Positions 26,609 to 37,317 of a stretch of 64,000 nucleotides of DNA are shown piece after piece. The notes under the pieces were generated by a model. The model saw nothing but the letters and a program-made list of their open reading frames with translations, ran no database searches and had not been told where the DNA came from. The stretch lies in the IMG/VR virus record IMGVR_UViG_3300032236_001478, positions 1-64,000 of that record. One strand, given 5' to 3'. Within the stretch, counting starts at the first letter, position 1. Each line of letters starts with the position of its first letter. Origin of the DNA: a virus. The translations under genes and the position numbers were made by a program.

Positions 26609-26639
26609 AAAAAAACCCTCGAGAAATCGGGGGTTTTTT
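26609..26639 (+). terminator. intrinsic terminator after capsid gene
   Basis: AAACCCTCGA-GAAA-TCGGGGGTTT with GNRA loop and T tail. Confidence 0.9.
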
Positions 26640-26670
26640 ATTGTACAATATTTTTATTATATTATAAACT

Positions 26671-26967
26671 ATGGAATACGAAAAGCTTAGATTAGACGTT
26701 TTGCAGAAGCTTATTGACGAAAGAGGTATAACTTGTAAGAACAAGAAAGAAGAGATAATTAAGTACCTTAAAATGGACGATGAGGGTAAGTATATGTATG
26801 ATATTACTTACGAAAGAACTCAAGGAGGTTACTTTGTTGGTATTGACATAAAAGATCACCAACACTTAATACAAATGAGTAAATTTATTGAGAAAGGGGA
26901 GGCTAGGCGATTAAATCGTTATGAAAATAATCGTATAATGTATTTTTCTAGTGTAAAATTAATGTAA
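26671..26967 (+). CDS. hypothetical protein with N-terminal SAP/HeH-like motif
   Basis: YEKLRLDVLQKLIDERGI...KKEEIIKYL. Confidence 0.55.
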   Translation: MEYEKLRLDVLQKLIDERGITCKNKKEEIIKYLKMDDEGKYMYDITYERTQGGYFVGIDIKDHQHLIQMSKFIEKGEARRLNRYENNRIMYFSSVKLM

Positions 26968-27693
26968 TTACCAAGCTTTACAACTCCAATATCTTGCTTT
27001 CCAACGTGGTCCCGGATTTTCACAATGATGTCTTGCTCTAAACGATTTACGATGAGATGGTATGTTTTTTTTAATTCTCATGTTAGGATCACCAAAATTA
27101 ACCTTAACAACATTACCTTTATCATTTTTAACATAAACAGAACGTTTTTTAGGCCCATTAGGGGTTAAAAATGGTTTACCAAGTTGAACTTTACGTCCTT
27201 GGTATTCAGCTTCATTTAATATATCGTCAGCAATAAAATCTGTAGATTGAACTATACCAAATTCATCTTCTTCGATAATTGTACTTTCGTCAATTGGAAC
27301 ACAGTTAGGAACTTGTTTACCGTCTTTTTCTTTTGTTCCGTATGCTCTATAACCTTTCCAACAAGGATTTTTCATTTTCTTTTTACCTTCGTTCATACTG
27401 AATTGATTCATATCCGCAGATACTGGTTCTTCATCAGCTTGATGACCTTTGGTTTCATTCATAATAAAATCAAATACTTGATCCATTAATGATTTAGCTT
27501 CGGTCATATGATCGTCAGCCCAATCATGTCCTTGACTTAAAAGTTGGTCAATTGTTGATGGATCAATTTGTCTAAGCAATTTACATTGTCTTTCTATTTG
27601 ATCTAAATTCTGGAAGAACATATAGTTTTCTTCCATTTTTTCATTTTCAATTAATCTTTTAAGTTGTGATTCGGTTAAAATTATCTTTTGCAT
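26968..27693 (-). CDS. hypothetical late protein with basic Cys/His C-terminal domain
   Basis: N-terminal IILTESQLKRLIE; CWKGY..PNCVP; VNFGDP..SFRARHHC..ARYWSC; late box 4 nt upstream. Confidence 0.7.
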   Translation of the reverse strand: MQKIILTESQLKRLIENEKMEENYMFFQNLDQIERQCKLLRQIDPSTIDQLLSQGHDWADDHMTEAKSLMDQVFDFIMNETKGHQADEEPVSADMNQFSMNEGKKKMKNPCWKGYRAYGTKEKDGKQVPNCVPIDESTIIEEDEFGIVQSTDFIADDILNEAEYQGRKVQLGKPFLTPNGPKKRSVYVKNDKGNVVKVNFGDPNMRIKKNIPSHRKSFRARHHCENPGPRWKARYWSCKAW

Positions 27694-27697
27694 AATC

Positions 27698-27705
27698 TAT
27701 AAATA
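27698..27705 (-). promoter_or_regulatory. putative late promoter TATTTATA
   Basis: 4 nt before ATG 27693. Confidence 0.6.
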
Positions 27706-29103
27706 TTACTTTTCAGATACAATTTCAAATTTGATTGTATCTTTATACATTATTTCTTCATTATTAACTATAGCTTTAAATTCTAGATAGTATTCTCTAG
27801 GTATTAAATAAGTTGTGTCTATCATGAATGAATTTTCATTAGATTTATCCATTAATGTCCATTCATGAATTGGTACTTGAATATGTCCACCTTCGTCAAC
27901 CCAAATTCTATAAAAAACATTGTCTAATAATACTGTTCTAGGGTTGTTAATATCTCTAAATGAAACAACTACTTTTCTTTTTTCACCACTTTGTAATTTT
28001 TCATTTAATCTTAAACCATAATACTGAACAGCATATCTAGTAAATTGAGTTTCATTACCACCAATCTTTATTTGATTTGTAATTGGGTATGGAACAAATT
28101 TTTGAGAAACATCTGCTAATGCAACTTGATTTATTTGTAAGTTTTTCCATTTATCATAATAAAATCTTTTACCGTCACAAGTTACGTTCTCAATACCAAA
28201 AGTCACTTTATATACACCACATCTAACATGTGTTACATCTAAATTACTTAATCCGCTAATTACGTTACCATTAGAATCTGTAATATCAACTACAGGCATT
28301 AAATCTAAGTTAATGCAATTTGTACCTTGAGAAACATATAAGTATAAATTTTGCTCTAGTTGTTCAACAAAATTATCTCTGTTATCCATGATTGTATCGT
28401 CAAAATAAGACTCTACATAAGGCTCAAAGAATGTTTGGGTATATTTGGTAAAGAATGCTACAGATTGGTCTACATCAGGAGATAATTGAGAATATACCAC
28501 AGCAAATGCTAGCCCTAATCCTTGGTCTGTCGCACCAGAAACTAATATGCTATTTACATAATCAGTTATATCAAAATCAATATTCTCAAATCCATTATCA
28601 AAATGGATTACACTTCCTGAAGTGCCGGCAACAATAGTAGGTGAATCATTGTAAACACCTACTGTGGACCATTGATCTAAAGTATTTCTGTAAAACCAGT
28701 TAGAAGGTCTTTCGTCATATGTTTTGTTACCAGAAACAAAGTCATAGCTTTCATTTTGATAATCAAAACCAATACCTTCATCCCAATATTCATCTTCTGG
28801 TATTTGGAAAAGAATTAAATCAAAAGAAGTTGCTCTGTCTCTACCAGTTGTTCTATTTTCACCCTTTAATCCCTCGTCACCAAAAATTGTATTTGTAAGG
28901 TGTAAAGTGTGTTTTGTATTAGAATCAACAATTACTTCGTTGTTGTCAACTCTTCTTTTTAATTCAGTAAAATCTACTTTAAATAAAAATTTTGAGAATC
29001 CTGAGCCATAAAATATCTCAGTTGTTGGATTTTTTGCAGTGTTAACCTGCATATCCTTAATAATTGTGTTGTTTTTCTCAAAATATGAACGGAAATACGA
29101 CAT
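27706..29103 (-). CDS. putative virion structural protein
   Basis: Beta-rich 465 aa; late box at 29114-29121(-). Confidence 0.6.
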   Translation of the reverse strand: MSYFRSYFEKNNTIIKDMQVNTAKNPTTEIFYGSGFSKFLFKVDFTELKRRVDNNEVIVDSNTKHTLHLTNTIFGDEGLKGENRTTGRDRATSFDLILFQIPEDEYWDEGIGFDYQNESYDFVSGNKTYDERPSNWFYRNTLDQWSTVGVYNDSPTIVAGTSGSVIHFDNGFENIDFDITDYVNSILVSGATDQGLGLAFAVVYSQLSPDVDQSVAFFTKYTQTFFEPYVESYFDDTIMDNRDNFVEQLEQNLYLYVSQGTNCINLDLMPVVDITDSNGNVISGLSNLDVTHVRCGVYKVTFGIENVTCDGKRFYYDKWKNLQINQVALADVSQKFVPYPITNQIKIGGNETQFTRYAVQYYGLRLNEKLQSGEKRKVVVSFRDINNPRTVLLDNVFYRIWVDEGGHIQVPIHEWTLMDKSNENSFMIDTTYLIPREYYLEFKAIVNNEEIMYKDTIKFEIVSEK

Positions 29104-29126
29104 TTCTTTTTATTATAAATATCCAA

Positions 29127-30662
29127 TTAGTTGATTCTAATTGAATTGTTCAATAAGTCATTTTCCAGGGTATTGATTTGATTCTGTAATCTTATAAAAT
29201 TAGGATCTTCCTTAACAAGAGGATCAGTAAGATTATGCTGATGACTTTCGAATAAATCCATCATAGCTTTCAATACGTCCACTAATACTTCACCTCTAAC
29301 TAAAGCATAGGTATTTGGTTCAATATCTTGTATATAGTTTTCTTGGGTTGGTTCATAATTGTCAACTTTCTTGAAATCAATTATCTTCTCAAATTCATTG
29401 GTATCAGTTGAAACAAAATAAATCCTATCTGATTTTAATGCTGCAAAAGTTTGTTCTTGATTTACATCACTTTTAACAAGTGCTTTTTGTATTTCTTTTT
29501 TTGTTGTTATTGGTGGTTTAGCACTATAACTAGAATAAATTAAACCGCTTTTAACATAATTGAAAATTGAGACATTTTGGAATATTAAAACTCTATTATT
29601 AGTTTCAGTCGGGCCTAAATTTCTATTTTGACATTCATCGGTAGGTCTAAAATAAAATGGGTGCATATCAGTTTCCTTATATGTGTTAGCGACTCTATTT
29701 AAACCATATTTGTGTAGTAAATTAATAGTGTTTCTGATTGTCACATAACATTGTATGTTACCAGAAGCACCAGTAATTGTAAATGTTGGCGTAGTGGTAT
29801 CGTTATTATTCTTTAAGAAATAATTATTTGGATTTAATAGAATACATTTTTCGTTTATTGCTGAATCACCTAATTTAACATTTTCAATTCTGAAATCTGT
29901 TCCAGCATTTTCTGTATTGTACACGAAAAAGTTAATGTTCTGTGTATCACCAGTAAAATTATCAATTGAATATTCTATCATATATTTTACTTGACCAGTA
30001 GCCCCAGATGTGCTTTCAACAACAATATCTTGATATTCTAAAACATGTGGAAATTTCTTAAGGTGTAGTGTTGCAGTTCTATCGGCCATTATTGGCTTAG
30101 AAGCTAACGCTACTTTCTGTTCATCATTAGCAAAATCTTTACTAATTAATTTACCACCTCTTAAATTGATACCATTTTCAGTAAACACGACATCTGATCC
30201 AGATCTACCATAAATTGCATAATCGGTTGGTTTTGCTAATGAATTTTTAGTTCTATCATCATAATAGTAACCCTTTCTGGTTCCTTCATTGATAAACATT
30301 TTAGGTCCGAAATCATTAGACATCCCATAAGTTGTATGAGTAAGTTGGTTACCAAAAAATTGACCGTTTTTTGTGAAATCATGTGTAGTTGTAAATGGCC
30401 CAGGAATATAAAAAACGTTAACCCTGTCTTTATCAGTATCAAATTGTAATATCATTACAGATTGACCCGAATATGGGATTGGATTTATTTGATAAGGTAA
30501 AAGTGGACTAGCAACAAATTTATCATCTCTTGACCATTCAACATAGTTGTCTTTGGCTTTTTCAACCTCACCAGTTAATTCATTATATGTTGAATAACGA
30601 ATTCTACCAATTCCTAATGGGTCTATATTATCTCTTACAATACCAACGTCAATTATTTTCAT
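29127..30662 (-). CDS. baseplate hub/central spike protein (gp5/gpV-like)
   Basis: N-terminal OB-fold motif GIVRDNIDPLGIGRIR; C-terminal LVRGE...HQH spike-tip motif. Confidence 0.7.
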   Translation of the reverse strand: MKIIDVGIVRDNIDPLGIGRIRYSTYNELTGEVEKAKDNYVEWSRDDKFVASPLLPYQINPIPYSGQSVMILQFDTDKDRVNVFYIPGPFTTTHDFTKNGQFFGNQLTHTTYGMSNDFGPKMFINEGTRKGYYYDDRTKNSLAKPTDYAIYGRSGSDVVFTENGINLRGGKLISKDFANDEQKVALASKPIMADRTATLHLKKFPHVLEYQDIVVESTSGATGQVKYMIEYSIDNFTGDTQNINFFVYNTENAGTDFRIENVKLGDSAINEKCILLNPNNYFLKNNNDTTTPTFTITGASGNIQCYVTIRNTINLLHKYGLNRVANTYKETDMHPFYFRPTDECQNRNLGPTETNNRVLIFQNVSIFNYVKSGLIYSSYSAKPPITTKKEIQKALVKSDVNQEQTFAALKSDRIYFVSTDTNEFEKIIDFKKVDNYEPTQENYIQDIEPNTYALVRGEVLVDVLKAMMDLFESHQHNLTDPLVKEDPNFIRLQNQINTLENDLLNNSIRIN

Positions 30663-30859
30663 TTGTTAATCCTTTTTTTAATCTCGTCGTTTACGTCATT
30701 ATACATTTTTTCAATAGTATCTAAATGTCTAGTAAGACTTATAATTAAATCTTTTGTTTTGTTAAATTCGGTTTCTAATTGTTGGGAAACAACATATAAA
30801 TCCTTATTGGATTTGTTTTCAAGGTTTTCCACTATTTCAACTAATTTTTCCTTTTCCAT
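30659..30859 (-). CDS. small coiled-coil protein
   Basis: 66-aa ORF, translationally coupled. Confidence 0.6.
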   Translation of the reverse strand: MEKEKLVEIVENLENKSNKDLYVVSQQLETEFNKTKDLIISLTRHLDTIEKMYNDVNDEIKKRINK

Positions 30860-30860
30860 T

Positions 30861-32744
30861 TTACAATTTAATTCCTGCTGTTTTTATTATACCAGGTGGT
30901 AAAATTAATGGTCCGGATAAACCTGGGATTGGTATTATTGCAGCTTGGTTACCACTTAATATTTTACTATTTTGGCTGTTCTCATCATCATGACCTTTAA
31001 CTATAGAAGAAAATACGTGATTTAATTTATTAGTTGTACCATGAATTGGGGATGTATTAACACCCTTATTGTTAGCCATTTTAGTTATATTCATAATAGC
31101 TCTTGTTTGGCTATATCCGCTTCTATAATCAGCTAAGGATAATAAGAATCCAGGTATGTTCAAGCTAAAGCTAGCTGCCGATAATGCGGTTTGTATTGCG
31201 TTTGTGATCAATTTATAAAGTACTTGACAGTTATCTAAATTTTGATCTAATATTTTTTTCAATATAGCAATTAAAGAAGCCACAATAGCATAGTATCTTT
31301 TATACTTCTCTTTCAATATACTTAATGCTGTAATTTTAAGAAAATCTAAAAGATCTTTTTTGATTCTAATCCAAAATTCATGTATAAATTTCCAATATAA
31401 TTTTTTTACAATCTTAAAGAATAATTTATATAATTTTTTTACAATATCTTTAACTTTCTCAGCACCACCATTAATCAATTTATATATTAAAACAATTGGT
31501 AATAACATTTTTGGTGATAGCACGGCAGCGATCATTGCATATGGCATGTTTAAGTTGAAATTATTAAACACACTAGCATGAAAGTCTTCAGGTGTTAGTC
31601 CACTATCAGATGCATCATGTGCATCATTCGCCATGTTTTCTAAGAAATCATTTACCTTATCTGCTAAATCATTATTTGGTAAATAAACAAAATCCTCTAA
31701 GTGTTTTGTTGGAATAGGGTACTCAAAATTATTACAATCAGCAAATTTCATGACTCTTCTAAATCTTCTAGATTCATCATCTAAATCAATACCTTCAACG
31801 TCATCAAAATTGAAATAAAATTCAACGTCTTCATCATTTTCCTCAAATTGAGGTTCGTTCTGATTTAGACCTGTTTTTTTTGGTGTACCACAGTTTGCGA
31901 AAATCTTTGATAATACTCTGTTTAATTCATTTAAACTAATATTAAATCTTTGTGAGTTATCATCACCCATACTAAGTAACAATATAGCCATTCTCATAAC
32001 ATCTGGCTTTTTTGGTACGTGTATATTAGAAAAGAAATTTTTAAGAAAGCTCCCAACAGTCATATTATTTCCGGTTAAACCAGAAAACCCATAACTTTGT
32101 GAATCTTCTTTCCAATAAACAGTAAATAATTCCTGATTTGGTGCAATCATGAAATGGTATGGTTGATGATTTGTAAATAAATCATGTAATTTTCTATTAA
32201 TTTGTTGACCGACGTCTGTGATGTCTTCATATAAAACTTGACCCATTTTAGCTAATGGATCTATGGTTAGAACATTTAATAAATCAAAGTCACTTGGCAG
32301 TAACTCCATTGTATCAGATGGTATCGGCGTTTCAGAACCACAAATACCATCCCCAGCAAAAAAAACATCTTGAGAAGCTTCTAATACAATTTGTTGTACT
32401 GATTTCATTGTGATGTCAACAGACTCTTCAATAATTTGTTTAAGTCTATTTTTTACCGGTAATTTATATTTTGATGCTTGATATTTTTGAGATGTGCCTA
32501 GGAATGGCTCAACCATTTCACACACATCCTTAAACACATTTGATGCGTTTTCTTTTTTTCTTTTTAACTTAGATTTTAAGTCAGATAATTTTTTAGGATA
32601 TTGACCTTGTTGAGATGGTAAATCCTTGATCAAAGAATCTTTCAACGAATCATTATCTTGAAGATTCGGATCATCGTTTATACTGTGTATAACAGATATA
32701 GTTGAACGAATGTCTTGTTTTTGATCTTGTATATTATTAGCCAT
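30861..32744 (-). CDS. hypothetical protein
   Basis: 627-aa ORF in late operon. Confidence 0.7.
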   Translation of the reverse strand: MANNIQDQKQDIRSTISVIHSINDDPNLQDNDSLKDSLIKDLPSQQGQYPKKLSDLKSKLKRKKENASNVFKDVCEMVEPFLGTSQKYQASKYKLPVKNRLKQIIEESVDITMKSVQQIVLEASQDVFFAGDGICGSETPIPSDTMELLPSDFDLLNVLTIDPLAKMGQVLYEDITDVGQQINRKLHDLFTNHQPYHFMIAPNQELFTVYWKEDSQSYGFSGLTGNNMTVGSFLKNFFSNIHVPKKPDVMRMAILLLSMGDDNSQRFNISLNELNRVLSKIFANCGTPKKTGLNQNEPQFEENDEDVEFYFNFDDVEGIDLDDESRRFRRVMKFADCNNFEYPIPTKHLEDFVYLPNNDLADKVNDFLENMANDAHDASDSGLTPEDFHASVFNNFNLNMPYAMIAAVLSPKMLLPIVLIYKLINGGAEKVKDIVKKLYKLFFKIVKKLYWKFIHEFWIRIKKDLLDFLKITALSILKEKYKRYYAIVASLIAILKKILDQNLDNCQVLYKLITNAIQTALSAASFSLNIPGFLLSLADYRSGYSQTRAIMNITKMANNKGVNTSPIHGTTNKLNHVFSSIVKGHDDENSQNSKILSGNQAAIIPIPGLSGPLILPPGIIKTAGIKL

Positions 32745-33115
32745 TACAATTCGTAAGTACTTGATTTATTATCATCAATGTCACCCATCATTTTTTCAAG
32801 GATGGCTCTGTCTTCATCAGATAACTCTAATTTACCAGCTGGTCCACCTTTTGGTCCTGACATTTGTTTAAGTAAAACACTTTGTAATTTAACTAACGAG
32901 ATTTTCTTCTCGGTACAGTCGTTTAATATTTTTTGTTGTTCTTTGATTACAGGACCAATCGTACTCATATCTTCAGCGTCTTTCATGAAAGACATCATTT
33001 TACGAAGAATGGTAGATGCGGTATTTCTGTTTTCAACCACATCATTATAGATTTCCTGCATTAAAGCTAAAGCTGATTCAACATTTAAGCTTATATTACT
33101 TCTAGGTGTTCTCAT
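32744..33115 (-). CDS. hypothetical helical protein (terminase small subunit possible)
   Basis: Coiled-coil 123 aa; TATTTAT at 33121-33127(-). Confidence 0.55.
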   Translation of the reverse strand: MRTPRSNISLNVESALALMQEIYNDVVENRNTASTILRKMMSFMKDAEDMSTIGPVIKEQQKILNDCTEKKISLVKLQSVLLKQMSGPKGGPAGKLELSDEDRAILEKMMGDIDDNKSSTYEL

Positions 33116-33130
33116 ACTAAATAAATAGAT

Positions 33131-33829
33131 TTAATCTAAAAACCCAGCAATTATACCTTCGTATATCTTCTTAAATCTTTTTAGCGAAATTCTTATTTCT
33201 TTGGTTGATAAAGAAGTCATTTCTCTTAGTGATAGTAAAATAAGGTTCTTATTGAATTTATTACCCTCACCAACCTGAAAAATCTTATCGAAATTACTAA
33301 AGATCTCTAAAAGGGCGTAACCTAGTTTAGTCTCATTTTCGTTTAGATTTTCATTCTCAATGAAGTCTTCTAGAGATATCGTCAGTTTAATAATAACGTC
33401 TCGATAGTCGATAATATATTCATCTATAACATAAGACAAATCAGATCTTTCTTCAATATCAGATGAGATGTCATCATAAGAAACACTACGATTTTGTTCT
33501 TTAGTGTCTTTCTGTATGGCACCCATAAGGTAATTCTTACAAATTGTACCAAAATAAGAATATGCTTTGTGATTTGCAGTTGGGTCAAATTTGTTTATTT
33601 TTGTTATAAGAAATGACATGGTATCGGTATGAATTTCCTCAAATTCCATGTCTTTCCTATAAAGCTTGTAACGGCGGATAATACTTTCCACCATAATAAT
33701 CAGGGGTTCTCTTAAATATTCATTGAATATCTTGTTACGTTCATCATCGGATTCGGATTGGAGATATCGTACAACCGCTTGTTCTTGATCCTCCCCAAAA
33801 TATATTTTTTGGGTTCGTTTTCTTGGCAT
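33131..33829 (-). CDS. phage late-transcription sigma factor (T4 gp55-like)
   Basis: Sigma region 2 pattern KINKFDP...AYSYFGTICKNYL. Confidence 0.75.
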   Translation of the reverse strand: MPRKRTQKIYFGEDQEQAVVRYLQSESDDERNKIFNEYLREPLIIMVESIIRRYKLYRKDMEFEEIHTDTMSFLITKINKFDPTANHKAYSYFGTICKNYLMGAIQKDTKEQNRSVSYDDISSDIEERSDLSYVIDEYIIDYRDVIIKLTISLEDFIENENLNENETKLGYALLEIFSNFDKIFQVGEGNKFNKNLILLSLREMTSLSTKEIRISLKRFKKIYEGIIAGFLD

Positions 33830-34615
33830 TTAGGCTTCTACATAATTAATATCTCGTTTATTCTTAAAGAAAAATTCTTTCTTTGCTGCATCCAACCAGA
33901 ACTTAACTTCATCTTCAGAAAGTTTGCTAGACTCTTCATTTTTATAATTCCAAAACAATGAATCCTCTCTTAAATTTGTATGCTCATAACCAACTTTAGG
34001 TACTGTCATCACAACAACCCCATTGTTTGTCATTCTTAATAAGAATTCATAGCCAAAAGTTAATTTGATATTATCCTTAAATCCGCCATTATCTAAAATA
34101 ACTTTTGTTTTATAAAGACCGCCACTAATTTGATAGTTTTGATAATCTAATAAAACTTCATTATCTAAAAATCCTTGTCTATCTGTAAATCCATATGCCC
34201 ATACAGATTCGTTCATTAAACTAATAAAACTACCTTCTGAATTAATGTCTCTAACAATAGGTAAGAAAATACTTACATCAGGATAGATTTTTACGTATTC
34301 ACTTATTGACTTAAACCAAACTGGTTTATATACGTCATCAATTTCTAAAATGCTAAACCATTCAGTATCACAATTTTGTGCTCCTCTATTGATTTGAGAA
34401 CAAAAATCAGTTTCGCCTGTGTGTACGTTATATGCAATTTCTAAATCACTACCTAAATCAATCTTATCAATTTCGGTTTTCACACTTGATGGACAAACTA
34501 TTAATAATTTCACATCACTAGCAAAATCTTTTACAGAGTCTACCGCTTTTATTAGTAATTTACTATAATCATCGTTCATTTTATGAACGGGTAAAATAAT
34601 TGTTATATTTTTCAT
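33830..34615 (-). CDS. GT-A (family 2-like) glycosyltransferase
   Basis: ITIILPVH, INRG, FSILEIDD, GGFK...YEFLLR. Confidence 0.8.
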   Translation of the reverse strand: MKNITIILPVHKMNDDYSKLLIKAVDSVKDFASDVKLLIVCPSSVKTEIDKIDLGSDLEIAYNVHTGETDFCSQINRGAQNCDTEWFSILEIDDVYKPVWFKSISEYVKIYPDVSIFLPIVRDINSEGSFISLMNESVWAYGFTDRQGFLDNEVLLDYQNYQISGGLYKTKVILDNGGFKDNIKLTFGYEFLLRMTNNGVVVMTVPKVGYEHTNLREDSLFWNYKNEESSKLSEDEVKFWLDAAKKEFFFKNKRDINYVEA

Positions 34616-35679
34616 TATGCTGGGTCTTCTTGTTTTAATTTACTTAATGCAATTTCTAACGTTTCAGTTCTTTTAGTTTCTAAAGAATCAAAAATTGAGA
34701 TTATATTATTTTTTGTTGTTTCAGCATCATAAGGTAATAAAGTTTCTTTCATTTTTTCTTTAACTTCTTCACTTAATTCAATACCATCAATCCAAGCTAA
34801 AACAAATGTTCCGATTAAATCTGTTAACTTATTAATGTCTTCAGTCCAAATACCATTTTCGCCAATCCATTCTGGTTCAACATCCGGTACTTTACCAATA
34901 ACAGGTACGCCACATTTCATTGATTCTAATGGGAATGTTCCAAATGTAGATTCATTATCAACCCAAACTGATACCATACACTCTTTTAGATTTGTTGCGA
35001 AATCATCATATGTCATATTGATCATATCTCTAAAAGTGATCCATCTTAATTGTGGATATTTCAAGTAAAATTCAGAAATAACTCTTCTATGGATATTTCT
35101 ATCTCTACAATGAATTGCTACGTAAGGTTTTTTTGGTAAATCTAATGGACTAAAAATTTCATCAATGATTGGTGGAATTACAAACACTAAAGATTCTGGA
35201 AATACATCTAAGATATATTTTTTAGTTTCATTTGTTGTTGTGATTGCACGATCAAAACCAAAATCACTCCATCTGCTACCTACTGGTAAATTCTCAAATA
35301 TGTAATCCTTTTGTTGAACTAACATTACTTTGATACATTTAATGCTTGATAATTGTTGTAATGCATTAGAATAATATTCTGGAACTACAATAACATCATC
35401 AATATTAATACTAACTTTATCATCTTTAATTGTTACAATTGGAAGGTCTTTATACTTTTCACCTAACCATGTCTCAACTCCAGTGTAGTTTTTATCTTCT
35501 ACTAAAATTTTAGCATTAGTGCCGTTTTGTTTTAATGTTATCGCCATATCGTAAATGTGTTTTACGGAGGCTCTTGGACTTGTTTTCGTGTCGTATGTTA
35601 AAAAATATACAACATTCTCATTTGTTTTCAATCTGTCAATTGCAGATTGTAAGTTTTCTATGTTATTATTCATCGTCAT
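34615..35679 (-). CDS. GT-B glycosyltransferase
   Basis: STFGTFPLESMKCGVPVIG (GT4-type E-x7-E region). Confidence 0.75.
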   Translation of the reverse strand: MTMNNNIENLQSAIDRLKTNENVVYFLTYDTKTSPRASVKHIYDMAITLKQNGTNAKILVEDKNYTGVETWLGEKYKDLPIVTIKDDKVSINIDDVIVVPEYYSNALQQLSSIKCIKVMLVQQKDYIFENLPVGSRWSDFGFDRAITTTNETKKYILDVFPESLVFVIPPIIDEIFSPLDLPKKPYVAIHCRDRNIHRRVISEFYLKYPQLRWITFRDMINMTYDDFATNLKECMVSVWVDNESTFGTFPLESMKCGVPVIGKVPDVEPEWIGENGIWTEDINKLTDLIGTFVLAWIDGIELSEEVKEKMKETLLPYDAETTKNNIISIFDSLETKRTETLEIALSKLKQEDPA

Positions 35680-35953
35680 CTTCTTCTATTAAAATATTAT
35701 GTTTTATTAATGTGTTGAATGCAATTTTAAATGCAATGCTTGTACCTTTTTGTGTGAATGCACTAATTTCTTCATCTATTTCTTCAGCTTCTGATAAAAC
35801 GGTACCTAAACACATTTTAACAACTTCATACTTAAAGATATTGACTTCTAAAGTGTCATTACCATCTTCATCTTTTATGGTGTCTCCTGTTTTGCATCGT
35901 TCAGTAATTGATTCGAGTTCGATGTAGTATTGTTTTCCGAATAATTCGAGCAT
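35666..35953 (-). CDS. hypothetical protein
   Basis: 95-aa ORF within operon. Confidence 0.6.
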   Translation of the reverse strand: MLELFGKQYYIELESITERCKTGDTIKDEDGNDTLEVNIFKYEVVKMCLGTVLSEAEEIDEEISAFTQKGTSIAFKIAFNTLIKHNILIEEDDDE

Positions 35954-36522
35954 AATTCTTTTATTTCTGTTAATTTAGTTATTTCTAAACTATTTGTAAA
36001 GTATTGATTATAAACAGTGTTGAATTTGTATACAATTTTATTTTCTGGACAAGATTTAACAACGTCATGATTATCTGTAATCCACATATCGCATTTAGTC
36101 CACAATTCATCAATGTCAGATGAATTTGCGAATTTTATATTGTTTCCTAAGAAACCATTTTTTGATAAGAAAAATAAAGTTGCTGGTTTAGCCTTACCTA
36201 ATTCATCTAAACCAATTAATGTAATATTGTGATCTTTATTATTGTAAATAATATTATTAAGATCACTGAATGTTGTTGAATAACTTAATCCAGCATGACC
36301 AAAGATTTCAATTGGGTATTCGATAAATAAAAAATACTCAAATTCTTCTCTAGACTGAAATTTATATGAGGCAAATAAATTATTATTTTCAATAGGTTCT
36401 GTAATACCGTACTCAAAAGAATCGTCTTCTAATTCAGAATCAAAAAAAGCATCTTTGTAATGATAATCTAATTTTTGTATTGTGTTTCTTATAACACCAT
36501 CTATACTAATGAATATTTCCAT
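35875..36522 (-). CDS. HAD-fold 5'(3')-deoxyribonucleotidase-like protein (motif I altered)
   Basis: IFISIDGVIRN (DxDGV with first D replaced by S), WITDN, FNTVYN. Confidence 0.6.
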   Translation of the reverse strand: MEIFISIDGVIRNTIQKLDYHYKDAFFDSELEDDSFEYGITEPIENNNLFASYKFQSREEFEYFLFIEYPIEIFGHAGLSYSTTFSDLNNIIYNNKDHNITLIGLDELGKAKPATLFFLSKNGFLGNNIKFANSSDIDELWTKCDMWITDNHDVVKSCPENKIVYKFNTVYNQYFTNSLEITKLTEIKELCSNYSENNTTSNSNQLLNDAKQETP

Positions 36523-36559
36523 AATAGAAATATACACTGACAAAGATCAGAAGTAAACA

Positions 36560-37273
36560 CTAATCGTATCTTTGTAAGATTTCTCCAATGATTGGATTTC
36601 TTACAATATCTTGATTACCAAACTCAAATACACCAATACCTTTAACGCCTTCTAATCTTTTCTTAGCATCGTATAAACCAGATTTAGTTTTGTCCTTAAA
36701 TTTATCAGATTGTTCTAAGTCTCCAGATAAGAAAAATTTAGAGTTAAATCCAATACGAGTTAACAATAATTTAATCTGAGCAGGCGTCGCATTTTGCGCT
36801 TCCTCGAAAACTAAAATGGTATTATCTACGTTCCAACCACGCATGTAAGCTAGTGCTGCAACTTCAATATAACCTTGGTCTTTCAATGTTTCACGAGCCT
36901 CTTTACCAATGATTTTATTTAATAGATAATATGATGGATAAATGTATGGATCTAATTTCTCTTCTAAACCACCAGGAAGTGATCCTAATTTCTCTTCTGC
37001 TTCAACAGCTGGTCTAACAATAATAATCTTTTCATACTTGTTAGAATCGTCGTATAATAGGTCTACAGCACGTTTCATCGCGATATATGACTTACCAACA
37101 CCTGCTGGTCCGAAACACAATGTGATTTGATTTTCCCCGAGTATTTTCCAATACTCCTCTTGGTTTTTAGTCAGGAACTTTTCTTTAGGACGTTTGATGA
37201 TTTGTCTGATCCTGTCTTTATGTGATGTTTTTTTCTCTTCTACTTGAACGGTTGCTTTTTGTTTACTTGGCAA
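36560..37273 (-). CDS. phoH: PhoH-family ATPase
   Basis: GPAGVGKS, RPAVE, LGSLPG, YMRG, EAQN, GDLEQSD, DIVRNP. Confidence 0.92.
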   Translation of the reverse strand: MPSKQKATVQVEEKKTSHKDRIRQIIKRPKEKFLTKNQEEYWKILGENQITLCFGPAGVGKSYIAMKRAVDLLYDDSNKYEKIIIVRPAVEAEEKLGSLPGGLEEKLDPYIYPSYYLLNKIIGKEARETLKDQGYIEVAALAYMRGWNVDNTILVFEEAQNATPAQIKLLLTRIGFNSKFFLSGDLEQSDKFKDKTKSGLYDAKKRLEGVKGIGVFEFGNQDIVRNPIIGEILQRYD

Positions 37274-37305
37274 AATTTTAGCTTTTAATGTGTCCGTTTA
37301 TTTTC

Positions 37306-37313
37306 TATAAATA
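37306..37313 (-). promoter_or_regulatory. putative late promoter TATTTATA for phoH
   Basis: 32 nt upstream of the TTG start. Confidence 0.5.
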
Positions 37314-37317
37314 TGTC

